Assembly (NCBI GenBank): GCA_016933055.1
Contig: JAFGBS010000022.1
Coordinates: forward strand, 9,564 to 41,563
From: Promethearchaeota archaeon
GTDB lineage: Archaea; Asgardarchaeota; Lokiarchaeia; Sigyniarchaeales; Promethearchaeaceae
Reading direction: 5' to 3'
Length of the DNA stretch: 32,000 nt
Below are positions 18,483 to 28,485 of this stretch, one piece after another. The notes beneath the pieces are model-generated. The model saw nothing but the letters and a program-made list of their open reading frames with translations. It was not told where the DNA came from and searched no databases. The translations under genes and the position numbers were made by a program. Positions within the stretch are counted from its first letter, which is position 1; the number at the start of each line of letters is the position of its first letter.

Positions 18483-19178
18483 TCAACTATAAAGTGAATT
18501 TCTAAATATTAGGCAGTAGGAATGATCATAGCCATATCCGTATGCTCCCTCTTCCCCATTCCGTAAAGGATCGCTACTCCATCCGACAATAATCTCCCCT
18601 AAGAAATGATGAGATTTTGCGATTTCATATCCGATATCCCACGCCAACGTAGTCACACTTTGGGTTTCCCGGTTTTTCATATTACCTACTTCTACAACTA
18701 TATACCCATTAGGTTTCACTACTTTCTGTAAGTCATAAAAAATATATCGAATACCTTTTAAATAATCAGAATAGGTTCCCTTTGCTTCATAGGCGGTTAA
18801 TGGAGCATCCAGATCTTCTTTACGGGTAAATGGTGGGGATGTGAACACAAAATCAATTGGAGGAAAGTTATATTGTAAAATTTGCCGTGAATCCCCATTG
18901 ACGATATTATTCACATAAGATTCATTGATATGTTCTTTTACATATTGCCATTTTATGGGATCATATTCCACTCCGTATGGAATTCTTCCCATTTCTTCAC
19001 TCACAAATAAAGTGGTTCCAAAACCCGCAAAAATATCCAAAACAGAGTTTCCTGGGTGAGTGTATTTTTGGATAAAAAATTCAACTTCAGCTTCGGGCAT
19101 TCGTATTTCTTCTTGAGAAGAAAAATGTGAGGGCAATTTTCTTCGAAAAGTGTTTTCAAGTAACGTAAACGTTTTCAT
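18483..19178 (-). CDS. Small orphan amino-DNA methyltransferase (N4-C/N6-A type)
   Basis: Motif I VLDIFAGFGTT precedes motif IV VFTSPPF; 231 aa; no adjacent endonuclease. Confidence 0.85.
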   Translation of the reverse strand: MKTFTLLENTFRRKLPSHFSSQEEIRMPEAEVEFFIQKYTHPGNSVLDIFAGFGTTLFVSEEMGRIPYGVEYDPIKWQYVKEHINESYVNNIVNGDSRQILQYNFPPIDFVFTSPPFTRKEDLDAPLTAYEAKGTYSDYLKGIRYIFYDLQKVVKPNGYIVVEVGNMKNRETQSVTTLAWDIGYEIAKSHHFLGEIIVGWSSDPLRNGEEGAYGYGYDHSYCLIFRNSLYS

Positions 19179-19333
19179 TATATAGCTGTAAAATATCGGA
19201 GTATTTTTATCTATCCATTTTAGAGGTTTGCATAAGTTTTAATACTATGTTTCTGCTCAAGATAATCGAATTGGTCAACCTTCTTGGAGGGAATAATCTG
19301 AAGCGAAAATAAAAATAAAAAACAAATATAATC

Positions 19334-19498
19334 CTACTGAGTGTGTGAATGACGAAATTCTATATTTGCGGCTTGCAAATTGCTTAATGCCCATCCTGTA
19401 ACTTCATTTAAGCTCGGGTGTATCACTTGACTATGGTAAATCGGCATAAAGGATCCCGCTTCTGGACATGCACGTAATTCTTTGGTCAGGAATTTCAT
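19334..19498 (-). pseudogene. Remnant of the C-terminus of a pyridine nucleotide-disulfide oxidoreductase (dihydrolipoamide dehydrogenase/mycothione reductase-like)
   Basis: Manual translation MKFLTKELRACPEAGSFMPIYHSQVIHPSLNEVTGWALSNLQAANIEFRHSHTQ* carries the IHPxLxE motif; all three frames hit stops within about 60 bp upstream. Confidence 0.6.
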
Positions 19499-19662
19499 GT
19501 GTTTATCGTCTTTCGGTATAATTTAGTGATGAAGGATCAAGTATTGAAAATTTGGCTGTTTCATTCACTCCATTTCTATTCTATACTTGTATTTTGCTTG
19601 CTTTTAACTCAATATTATAGAGATACAATTTTATTTTTATTCTCTGGTAGTTATCTAATAGT

Positions 19663-20136
19663 ATGCAAGCACCTACCCATATGCTCACGGGAGTTTTTTT
19701 GTTAGTTCTTTTCCAAGCGATCTTTCCCAATGCTCCTATTTGGATTCAAGTTCTTGTTATATTTCCACTAAGTTTTGCTAGTCATTTTCTGATTGATGCT
19801 TCTGCGATAATTACCTATCATCCCCCCAAATCAGATTGGAAAGATCCATTTTGGGTATCCTATCATTTAGTCATTTATATTCTAACGATTGTAGTAGCAA
19901 TATATTTCTGGAGAGCGTATTGGTGGACTATGATTGCGGCAACTCTAGTGGATATAGTAGATTGGATATTCCTTCGAGCAATTTTCAAGAAAAAAGCAAT
20001 TTTACATCCGATTGCGGATAAATTGAGGAACTTTCTTTACAAAAAAACACCTAATTGGAATTACAAGCGCTGGACGGTAATTTTCGAATTTATAATTATG
20101 GGGATTTTGTTAACATTGATTTTGATATTAAGATAA
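19663..20136 (+). CDS. Membrane protein, putative metal-dependent hydrolase (YdjM/DUF457-like)
   Basis: THMLTG, ASHFLID and LVDIVD His/Asp motifs within TM helices. Confidence 0.6.
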   Translation: MQAPTHMLTGVFLLVLFQAIFPNAPIWIQVLVIFPLSFASHFLIDASAIITYHPPKSDWKDPFWVSYHLVIYILTIVVAIYFWRAYWWTMIAATLVDIVDWIFLRAIFKKKAILHPIADKLRNFLYKKTPNWNYKRWTVIFEFIIMGILLTLILILR

Positions 20137-20145
20137 AATCCCAGT

Positions 20146-20490
20146 TTAAGAGGGATTAATCAGATTTATGACAGTTAAAATAGATAAAATTGAGGACACT
20201 GAAAAAATGCTTATGAAAAATCCAACAAAAATCCATATCTTTCGTTGGGCGTAGTATCCTGATGAATTTGTCACAGCATATATGCAAATACCACTACTTA
20301 TTAAGAACAGATATTTTCCCCAGATAAATCCTAATAAAATTAGTATTCCACTCAAAATGGCAACTAATCCCATGCCAATTTCTGCACAAATGTGAAAATA
20401 AATGGTAATTGGTTCTGATTTTAATTCTGGGATCTTCTTCTTTATGATTAACATAATCCACAGACTTATTATCGCAATATCGATGATCAA
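20146..20490 (-). CDS. Hypothetical four-TM membrane protein
   Basis: Hydrophobic ORF; the frame is open upstream to 20538, so the true start is uncertain. Confidence 0.7.
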   Translation of the reverse strand: MIIDIAIISLWIMLIIKKKIPELKSEPITIYFHICAEIGMGLVAILSGILILLGFIWGKYLFLISSGICIYAVTNSSGYYAQRKIWIFVGFFISIFSVSSILSILTVINLINPS

Positions 20491-20768
20491 TGAGTAAATT
20501 GCTGATATATATTCAAGAATTGAGTTTATATTCTCTTTTTACTCCATCTATTAGAATTGAATAACATAGAAGATAAGAAAATGATTTATCAATCATTTTG
20601 TTTTCTAACTTAAAATAGTCCTTCTCGAGATATTACGAGTGTTCCCATCAAAGTGATCATTAATTGTAGCCATTACGGAAGCAGAGACGGATGAAGAATG
20701 ATGAAGTTACAAAGCTGGAGAGAAAAAAAAGATGGATAGGAATTATCGGTAAAGAATAGAAAAAATAG

Positions 20769-22160
20769 TTATCTTGACACGAATAATATCGGTTCTACTT
20801 CGCGTAAGTTGCCCTGTAGATTAAGAGGATCCTTTTTCATAGGCTTCTTACCAAATTTAAACAACACTAAAAATACAAATTCGACGGAAGTATACCCTTT
20901 TAACAAACAAATTAGTCGAATAATGCCTTCCCACATTAAAACTACGAGACCCACCATTATTAATGTCCATCCCAGAGATGTTTGATAAATATTTCGATAA
21001 TCCACAGCAGGATAAATTATAGTGAAGATGCCTCGAGGAATTATTTCGAAGATATTGAACACAAAAATGGTTAACGCAAAAACCCCCCATCTTCGAATCC
21101 AACGAGATAATCTGAGCATTAAGCTTTGTCGATTTTCTCTTAATAATTTATGATTAAATTCATACATCCTCAGAGCAATTGAGATGATCATCATTTGCAA
21201 TCCAATACTAAATAATACAAAACCAGTTGGATGAACATGAAATCCCAGATCAATATTCCCTAAATTGAACGTTCCAGTACCGAAATCATATAATTTCATA
21301 TCTAAAAGTGCCCAATAGGCAAATCCTCCCAGCGTGAGAACCACTCCTACTAAGGAAGTATAGAGTAACATCTTTTTAGATGGATTTGGTTGACTTAACA
21401 ATAAACCAAAAATACACCCAATCAGGAAATATCCATAGTTTGGGAATATGGGGAATTCTCTTCCTGCAAGGCTATTTAATAGCCATCTGTTGTAATATCC
21501 ATTGTTTGTGTCAAGCCCTGAGATAACATAGGCTTCTGTTTCTTGCAAATTCACACCAGCATAGTTAGAAACCCAATTTTGAACTATAGGTGCAACGAAT
21601 ATAAAAACAGCTGCAAAAATTGCCAGAATACCCACTTTTATAAGGATTTGGAGTTTCTCTCTTTTTAAAAGAGTGAATAACGTAAATATGATAGCGGTTA
21701 TTACTATAGAGAAACCTATATTACTCAATGTTTCCGCACGATAAATAAACGTCCACTTATCCCAAGACCAAGTTCCATCGGCGAAAAATCCCCCAGTTCT
21801 AAACCAATCTGCAGTTATACCCCAAGGACTAAGTAAAGGTTCGCGTAAAAATCCAAATACATATAGTGCTATTCCAAATATCAATTGTTTTAAAAATATT
21901 TTCACCAATTTTTGTCCATTTTCATGCATCCTACTCATTGTGAACCAATGCACGGTTGCACTAATCATCAGAAAAAGACTTTGCCAGTGAATAAAAATAC
22001 TAATAAATACTACCAAAATCAACTTCCCAAGCCCTAAACTGAAAGGATCTGATACCGCAACTGGCACTAAATCACTTACATTTAAAAATACGTGGAAAAT
22101 GACCATCAAAAGTATGGCCCAACCACGGAGAATGTCCATAGAAATTAAGCGTTTTGCCAT
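20769..22160 (-). CDS. HGSNAT/DUF1624-like membrane acyl/acetyltransferase (paralog 1)
   Basis: RLISMDILRGWAILLMVIFH N-terminal motif; about 11 TM segments; GREFPIFPNYGYFLIG. Confidence 0.8.
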   Translation of the reverse strand: MAKRLISMDILRGWAILLMVIFHVFLNVSDLVPVAVSDPFSLGLGKLILVVFISIFIHWQSLFLMISATVHWFTMSRMHENGQKLVKIFLKQLIFGIALYVFGFLREPLLSPWGITADWFRTGGFFADGTWSWDKWTFIYRAETLSNIGFSIVITAIIFTLFTLLKREKLQILIKVGILAIFAAVFIFVAPIVQNWVSNYAGVNLQETEAYVISGLDTNNGYYNRWLLNSLAGREFPIFPNYGYFLIGCIFGLLLSQPNPSKKMLLYTSLVGVVLTLGGFAYWALLDMKLYDFGTGTFNLGNIDLGFHVHPTGFVLFSIGLQMMIISIALRMYEFNHKLLRENRQSLMLRLSRWIRRWGVFALTIFVFNIFEIIPRGIFTIIYPAVDYRNIYQTSLGWTLIMVGLVVLMWEGIIRLICLLKGYTSVEFVFLVLFKFGKKPMKKDPLNLQGNLREVEPILFVSR

Positions 22161-22247
22161 ATAGCATAATTACTTATTACAGTATTTAAGAATGTTGATC
22201 AATCCTATTCTGACTCATTAGATATAACTAATTGCAGGATGGGAATT

Positions 22248-23555
22248 TTATGGGATTGACAACAACAAAATCGGCTCCACTTCATAGAGAATTTGCCTTG
22301 AATTAAGAGGATCATTGAAATTTGGTTTTTTATTAAACAATAAACACATGAACATACGAAGAAACCACTCTAAACTCCCATAAAATCTGGCAAATTCCCA
22401 TAACCGAATGATAACTGACCAAAACGCTAATGTGAAAACTACTAAAGCGAAAAGTAATCCTATATTCGTAGTTGTTCCAGTTACAAAATCTTGGTCGAAA
22501 AGTTTGGAAAATACCCAACGGGGAAACAAATCCACTAATTCTAAACAAAAAATTGATAAGGATAGCATCCCAAATCTGCGGAAAAATCGTAATCTTCGCA
22601 CGATTTTTGCATTATTTGGATTGAACTCAATTAATCGCATGAAAAATAAGAAACACATTGATTGGATTCCTAAATTTACAAATAACATCCACGGTTCATG
22701 AATGTGCGTCCAAAAATCGGCGATGATATCTTCAGTAAAAGGTAATAATCCTAATCCCCCTATAACGAATCCTAATGAAGTTAAAAATGCGGTGTGTATG
22801 AATTTCTTTTCAGGTAATGTTTCTTGAGTAAAAATAATACCATAGATTGCACCAAAAAATGCAGATGAGATAAATGGAAATAAGGGTTGCTGCCATCCTA
22901 TTAAATTTCCCATAAATATCAGATACAGTCGTTCTTCCCAGGTATTAGGAATTGTTGTTCTTATATTTAATGGAGTTAATCCAGTTTGATTAAACACCAA
23001 CTGTACAACTACGGGGGTTAATACTATAGAAAGAAAACCGAGAATTCCAAAGATAGCAATATTTCGATAAGGTTTCTTAATACCTTTTCCAAGAGTTATG
23101 AGGTAATATATCACTGCATTGATAATCCGACATAATGCAATGGATTCCAACGTATCTGAAAATTGTAATGAGGATAAGCGTGATGATGGATCCCATATAG
23201 AATAGAAGATATATTGATATAATGTTGCACCTGGTAATAAAAATACCTTAAAGAAATAAGCAACGACCAGTAATAAGGATGCATTAAGTATTTGCTTCAA
23301 AAATACTATAAAAGCGTTATTTTCATTTCGGATATCTTTATTCATTGAATAAATTTGCGATGCAGCCGAAATCATTAAAAAAAATCCCTTCCATTTACCC
23401 AAAAAAATTAGAGGAGCAAGGAAAATAAGAACAATCAGTGATCCAGTCTGGGGATTCAATATACTATAACCTACTACGTAAATAAAAACATGTGATAAAA
23501 TCACTACAAAAATGGCAATTCCCCGTAAAACATCAAGAGTTACCACACGTTTCAT
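22248..23555 (-). CDS. HGSNAT/DUF1624-like membrane acyl/acetyltransferase (paralog 2)
   Basis: RVVTLDVLRGIAIFVVILSH; GWQQPLFPFISSAFFG; shares the C-terminal DPLN...EVEPIL motif with paralog 1. Confidence 0.8.
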   Translation of the reverse strand: MKRVVTLDVLRGIAIFVVILSHVFIYVVGYSILNPQTGSLIVLIFLAPLIFLGKWKGFFLMISAASQIYSMNKDIRNENNAFIVFLKQILNASLLLVVAYFFKVFLLPGATLYQYIFYSIWDPSSRLSSLQFSDTLESIALCRIINAVIYYLITLGKGIKKPYRNIAIFGILGFLSIVLTPVVVQLVFNQTGLTPLNIRTTIPNTWEERLYLIFMGNLIGWQQPLFPFISSAFFGAIYGIIFTQETLPEKKFIHTAFLTSLGFVIGGLGLLPFTEDIIADFWTHIHEPWMLFVNLGIQSMCFLFFMRLIEFNPNNAKIVRRLRFFRRFGMLSLSIFCLELVDLFPRWVFSKLFDQDFVTGTTTNIGLLFALVVFTLAFWSVIIRLWEFARFYGSLEWFLRMFMCLLFNKKPNFNDPLNSRQILYEVEPILLLSIP

Positions 23556-23651
23556 TATTGCTAATTGGTGTGTGAAGATTTTAATATTTTGTACATGTAT
23601 TAAAACAATCCTAGACTCAAGTATTTATTTACATCATGCGAAGCAAGAACT

Positions 23652-25610
23652 ATGGCAAATCATCCCCAAAAAGTAATTATTATTCTTGTTTCCCTACTGG
23701 CAATTTCGGGTTTTTTAATTCCTCCCATATTTAATTTTCCTAGTTTTCGATATTATACTAAAGCAGTACATTATCAAAATTCTCTCGAAGCAAAGAAATA
23801 CATATCAAATAGTCAGATGGATTATAATTATCCCTATAACGGTTCTGAATTATCAAATTATAGTTTCACTCTCACTTTGCAAGAACTTTCTCATTCTCTC
23901 GATGGTATCATGGATATAGACTATTTTAATAATGATTCAGTTTCTTTTGATGCATTACCTTTTCGATTGATGGTCCCCTCGATGTCTTATTCAATACGTC
24001 AAGGAGATATTCAAATACATGCTATATATAAAGACGGTGATCCCTCTACCCCGCTTAATTTTCAGTTGTATAAGGAAGAGAACTATATGTGGGTAACTCT
24101 TAGTGAACCTTTACTTCCCAAATCGCGAACACAATTCCAAATTATTTTCACTACTATATTTCCTGATGGTGGAATAGATAGATGTAATGAATATGCAATT
24201 CCTGAGGATCCACAAAGTCACATATTCAAATGGGCGTGGGGATATCCGATGCCCTCGGTATATGATGAATACGATGGGTGGAATCTTGATCCATATAATG
24301 TACCGGGAGACCCTTTTTATAGCGATATGGCTTGGTATAAGATGTCGGTAGAGGTTCCTTCAGATATGGTCATAGCTGCGAATGGAAATCTTACCTTTAC
24401 AGAGTATCTAGCAAACACGACACGCAGGTATTATGATCCTCTGCTCCCAGTACGCGAAGTAACGTTCTCTGCCTCCCGTTATTTCGAGGAATGGAAATAT
24501 ATACGGAATAACCAAGAAATCGGCTTGTATTTCTTAAATAGCTCCACTCATTGGGAGGATATATGGGCTTCTTCTGTTAAGGATATGATTGATCTTTATG
24601 AAGAAAAATTTGGAGAATATGTGTATCCAATTCTCAATATAGTGGAGGAACACACTAGTTATGGCGGTATGGAACACTCTTGCCAAGTATATATCTCTTC
24701 AAAGACACGATATTATAACACTCCAAATGATTATTTCGTTACAGAAACAATTATTTCACATGAACTTGCGCACCAGTGGTACTTTGGAATGATAGGCGTC
24801 GATCAAATTGACGCAGGACATGTGGATGAGGGATTAGCATGTTGGGTTGATGCCTATTATCATGAATGGAAATATCCATTTGGAGATCCTGATTTTCCCT
24901 TTGAAAACATTCGTACATATGAAGATCGAACTGGATTAAATCATCGCATTAACTTATCGGTATATGAACTCAATTCGTATAACACAGATTATTGGTATGT
25001 TGCGTATACTAAAGCGCCTGTAATCTATGAAAAACTTCGAAGGACAATTGGAACAGAAATATTTTTTGAAGGATTACGAATTTTATATCAACGTCATATT
25101 TGGGACTTTATATGGTTAGATGATGTACAAGATGCATTTGAAATCGTAACTGGTCAAGATCTTGATTGGTTTTTTCTACCTTGGTTTGATAACAAAAATC
25201 TACCCCAATATAATATTATCTCTGCTACTTATGATTCTACCAACCAAAGGGTGTATATTAGTATAGAAGATATGAGAGATTCTTTGCATCTTTACTCCTA
25301 TAACCAGAAAATACCAGTAGAAATTCTTGATCCATCCGGCGAAATTATTCATGAAGAATGGGTATGGATTAATGGGAGTTCCCAAGTTAGTGTGCAACTA
25401 CCCGAAGATGTCATTCCCAGAAGGGTGAATATCCTTAACATCGATTCAGTACTTGCATATAAACAAGAATCTGCAAATGAAGTCTTGGATACATATAGAA
25501 TCACAAGAAATCAAATTTCGGGATTTTATATTCTCCCTTTGAGTATTTTTGCTATATTAGGAGTGGGATATTTAGGAATTAAACTCAAAACACGAAATTC
25601 TGATAAATAG
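23652..25610 (+). CDS. Exported M1-family aminopeptidase with C-terminal membrane anchor
   Basis: GGMEH (GAMEN-like), HELAH...DEG zinc motif and YVAYTKA; N-terminal hydrophobic helix; C-terminal ISGF-TM-KLKTR tail resembling Loki-CTERM. Confidence 0.9.
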   Translation: MANHPQKVIIILVSLLAISGFLIPPIFNFPSFRYYTKAVHYQNSLEAKKYISNSQMDYNYPYNGSELSNYSFTLTLQELSHSLDGIMDIDYFNNDSVSFDALPFRLMVPSMSYSIRQGDIQIHAIYKDGDPSTPLNFQLYKEENYMWVTLSEPLLPKSRTQFQIIFTTIFPDGGIDRCNEYAIPEDPQSHIFKWAWGYPMPSVYDEYDGWNLDPYNVPGDPFYSDMAWYKMSVEVPSDMVIAANGNLTFTEYLANTTRRYYDPLLPVREVTFSASRYFEEWKYIRNNQEIGLYFLNSSTHWEDIWASSVKDMIDLYEEKFGEYVYPILNIVEEHTSYGGMEHSCQVYISSKTRYYNTPNDYFVTETIISHELAHQWYFGMIGVDQIDAGHVDEGLACWVDAYYHEWKYPFGDPDFPFENIRTYEDRTGLNHRINLSVYELNSYNTDYWYVAYTKAPVIYEKLRRTIGTEIFFEGLRILYQRHIWDFIWLDDVQDAFEIVTGQDLDWFFLPWFDNKNLPQYNIISATYDSTNQRVYISIEDMRDSLHLYSYNQKIPVEILDPSGEIIHEEWVWINGSSQVSVQLPEDVIPRRVNILNIDSVLAYKQESANEVLDTYRITRNQISGFYILPLSIFAILGVGYLGIKLKTRNSDK

Positions 25611-25741
25611 TTAATTTCATTTTTTATTACTAACATTATTTACAGGGGGAAGTTCATATCATAATATCTTCATCTCCATTCTTATCGGGAACTAAAAATA
25701 CAAACCAGTATTTCCAGAATTATCGTCAAGGAAATGATCCC

Positions 25742-26407
25742 ATGGAATCAGAAAAACGCTCATTGCGGAAGCATATTCTATCCATGTCCGAAATCGTGTT
25801 TATAACCCTGATGGCAGTACTGAATGTCGGATTTGATTTATTTCTGAGTCCTTTATTCATTTTATTGCTTGGTCATGTTGTGGCAGGTATATTGATTATG
25901 GTACCCATAAATTTTATTTTCATTTCCTTAACCAAACATCTGGTGGATAAGTTTGGGACTCTTGTGCTCTATATGATAGTATTTAGTGCGCTAGCGATCC
26001 CCACTACTTTCTTTGGTGCATTTCCGGGAATATATAAGCTTCTTGTCGGAGTTGCAATTGGCATTCTCCTGGATCTAGTATTTTTCATAAAAACCCCCGT
26101 CTTGTTTAAGATCTTTATGGGTGGATTATTGGGTGCAATTGGGTGGTGGCTCGGAACTTTTCTTATTTGGACCCTTCTGGGATTTCCTTATGTCACCGGG
26201 ATGAGTAATTTCCTAAATGAATTCATCCCGATTTCTAGGTTCATTTCCCTACCGATTACCAAAATTAATAGCGATTTTTTTCTGTTCGTTCTTATCTGTG
26301 GTTTATTATCAGCGATTCCATGTGTACTCATGTGTACAATTACCTACCCCATAGCAAAAACCATCAAATCTACTTCAATTTATGAGAAATTTAATCAAAT
26401 GCAATAA
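25742..26407 (+). CDS. Putative ECF transporter substrate-binding (S) component
   Basis: About 6 TM helices, 221 aa, directly upstream of EcfA- and EcfT-like genes; assignment is mainly from context. Confidence 0.65.
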   Translation: MESEKRSLRKHILSMSEIVFITLMAVLNVGFDLFLSPLFILLLGHVVAGILIMVPINFIFISLTKHLVDKFGTLVLYMIVFSALAIPTTFFGAFPGIYKLLVGVAIGILLDLVFFIKTPVLFKIFMGGLLGAIGWWLGTFLIWTLLGFPYVTGMSNFLNEFIPISRFISLPITKINSDFFLFVLICGLLSAIPCVLMCTITYPIAKTIKSTSIYEKFNQMQ

Positions 26408-26426
26408 AACCAAAAAGTGGCATAGT

Positions 26427-27143
26427 ATGAAACCAATAATTCAAGTAGAAAACCTTAACTTTGCCTATAAGAAAGGAGAACCTATTTTAGAAGATGTAAA
26501 TTTTCTAGTTAACAACGGGGAAATCTTAGGAATTACGGGATCTTCTGGTTCAGGGAAAACTACTTTATTATATATCCTTAAGGGTATAATTCCCCATTTA
26601 ATTAAGGGGAAATTAAAAGGAAATATCATAATTCACCAAATGGATATTAAAACGACCAAAATTTCTAAATTAGCCCATAGTGTAGGCATGGTTTTCCAAG
26701 ACTTGAACACTCAATTGTTTAGTAATACCGTACGAGAAGAAGTAGAATTCGGGCTTCGAAATCTGAAAATGGATCCCGCTCTTGCTAATAATGCCATGGA
26801 AGAACTGCATATTTCCGATCTCGCAAACAAGGCACCGTTAAATTTATCGATGGGACAAAAACAACGGGTGATTTTAGCTTCCATAATTGCGATGCAACCA
26901 AAAATTTTGCTGCTTGATGAACCTAGTGTACATTTGGATTCGAAAAACAGAATAGACCTGAAAAACTGGTTACTAGAATTAAATGAAAACAAGTCAATGA
27001 CGATTCTTATCGCAAGTAATGATTCTTGGCTAATAGGAAATATGTGTAACGAAGTCTTTCATATTGAAGGAAGGAAAGTTACGAGAAAATCAAGAAGTGA
27101 GTTAATAGAAAAACAATCAGAATGGGTATGGAAGAACCTATGA
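26427..27143 (+). CDS. ecfA: ECF-type ABC ATPase (A component)
   Basis: GSSGSGKTT, VGMVFQD, LFSNTVREEVEFG, LSMGQKQRV, LLLDEP; start moved to ATG 26427. Confidence 0.85.
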   Translation: MKPIIQVENLNFAYKKGEPILEDVNFLVNNGEILGITGSSGSGKTTLLYILKGIIPHLIKGKLKGNIIIHQMDIKTTKISKLAHSVGMVFQDLNTQLFSNTVREEVEFGLRNLKMDPALANNAMEELHISDLANKAPLNLSMGQKQRVILASIIAMQPKILLLDEPSVHLDSKNRIDLKNWLLELNENKSMTILIASNDSWLIGNMCNEVFHIEGRKVTRKSRSELIEKQSEWVWKNL

Positions 27144-27736
27144 ACTTAAATAAGTTTTCACAAGTTTGGGTGATAATTTGGACATATTTTAAAATCTCCC
27201 TTGTCATAGGAGTACAGGTTATCGTCTTCCTCCAGTACTCTGCTTTTTTCCATATTCGCTGGATTCTATTACTCATTGAAATCACTCTTGGATTCGTAAT
27301 AAGGATGGATGTAAGAAAGCTGATACCACTAGCTAAATTTATCACTATCAATCTCATTCCCATTTTTCTCATTTTTTACTTTGTAGAATATGATTGGATA
27401 AACACTTTAGTCTCATTCGGGGATTTCATCATCAAAATCCTTCTAATGCTCCTATCTGTGGTTCTGTTTAGTGAAACCACTTCTCAGTACACATTATTAC
27501 TTTCCCTCTCTAAAATTGGGGTCCCTAAGAGAATTGCGTTCATTATTATGAATATATTTTCTTTTATACCAATTTTGAGTGAAGAACTGCGATCAGTAAC
27601 GCTAAGTCAAAAGGCGAGAGGATATAAGTTTAGATTGCGTAATTTGAAACCGATTCTTGTTCCTATCATATTATCTTTATTGGATTTATCAATAAATTTG
27701 AGTATATCTCTCGAATCCCGTGGATATGAACTATAG
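27140..27736 (+). CDS. ecfT: ECF transporter transmembrane (T) component
   Basis: SQKARGY and LESRGY are the paired xRG motifs; ATG 27140 overlaps the ATPase TGA (ATGA). Confidence 0.85.
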   Translation: MNLNKFSQVWVIIWTYFKISLVIGVQVIVFLQYSAFFHIRWILLLIEITLGFVIRMDVRKLIPLAKFITINLIPIFLIFYFVEYDWINTLVSFGDFIIKILLMLLSVVLFSETTSQYTLLLSLSKIGVPKRIAFIIMNIFSFIPILSEELRSVTLSQKARGYKFRLRNLKPILVPIILSLLDLSINLSISLESRGYEL

Positions 27737-27754
27737 AATGAACAATCACATGGA

Positions 27755-28393
27755 TTACTTTGTGATTTGAGCGATAATTCCTATTTCGTTTATACGCAAT
27801 GGTGAGGGCACAAATGGGTCGCTATATTGCATTATCAATGGCTGACCAACAGTTTCTATGTTATCTAATTTTAATCGTTCGATGAGTATTTTCTCGTATT
27901 TTTTTCTTTTTTGTTTGTTAAATCTTCCACGAAATCGAACAGCTGCAATATACTTTTGATCTTGACTCTGAATTACAATATCTTTACCATAGGGTGTTGG
28001 CAACTTTTTTCTTTGATCAGCGAACTTTTTTGGAACAAAAAATACCATTCTTAGTTTATTATCTTCTGTTTGTTCCGTAAGAACAGGAGTCGTCATTGCG
28101 ACTTTCTTCTTTTCTACATTGTTACCAAAAATGAATCCAGATAGTGTTGAGAATGCAGTACTAAATGAATTTGATTCGGTTACTAACACACGAGCAGGTT
28201 CATATCGTCGTATTTCTACTCTACCAAATTTTTTTATAACCTCATATTCTGGTTTCTCCCATATGAACGGACTAATAATACCCCATCCAAACCATAATAA
28301 TAAGAATCCTCCAAGAATGATTACAAAAATCCATATAATTGACATATAGTATGAAACGTGTTCAACTATTTGAGCATCTTCATTAAGATTCAT
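27755..28393 (-). CDS. SOUL heme-binding family protein with N-terminal TM helix
   Basis: EKPEYEVIKKFGRVEIRRYEP, AFSTLSGFIFGNN, KVAMTTPV and YSDPFVPSPLRINEI. Confidence 0.9.
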   Translation of the reverse strand: MNLNEDAQIVEHVSYYMSIIWIFVIILGGFLLLWFGWGIISPFIWEKPEYEVIKKFGRVEIRRYEPARVLVTESNSFSTAFSTLSGFIFGNNVEKKKVAMTTPVLTEQTEDNKLRMVFFVPKKFADQRKKLPTPYGKDIVIQSQDQKYIAAVRFRGRFNKQKRKKYEKILIERLKLDNIETVGQPLIMQYSDPFVPSPLRINEIGIIAQITK

Positions 28394-28485
28394 TACAGTG
28401 TTTATTAGTTTGCAAACATTTCCACAGAATTAATGAAGAATCATTAAATTCTCATAAGAGACACACCATAATAGAGGATATTAGT

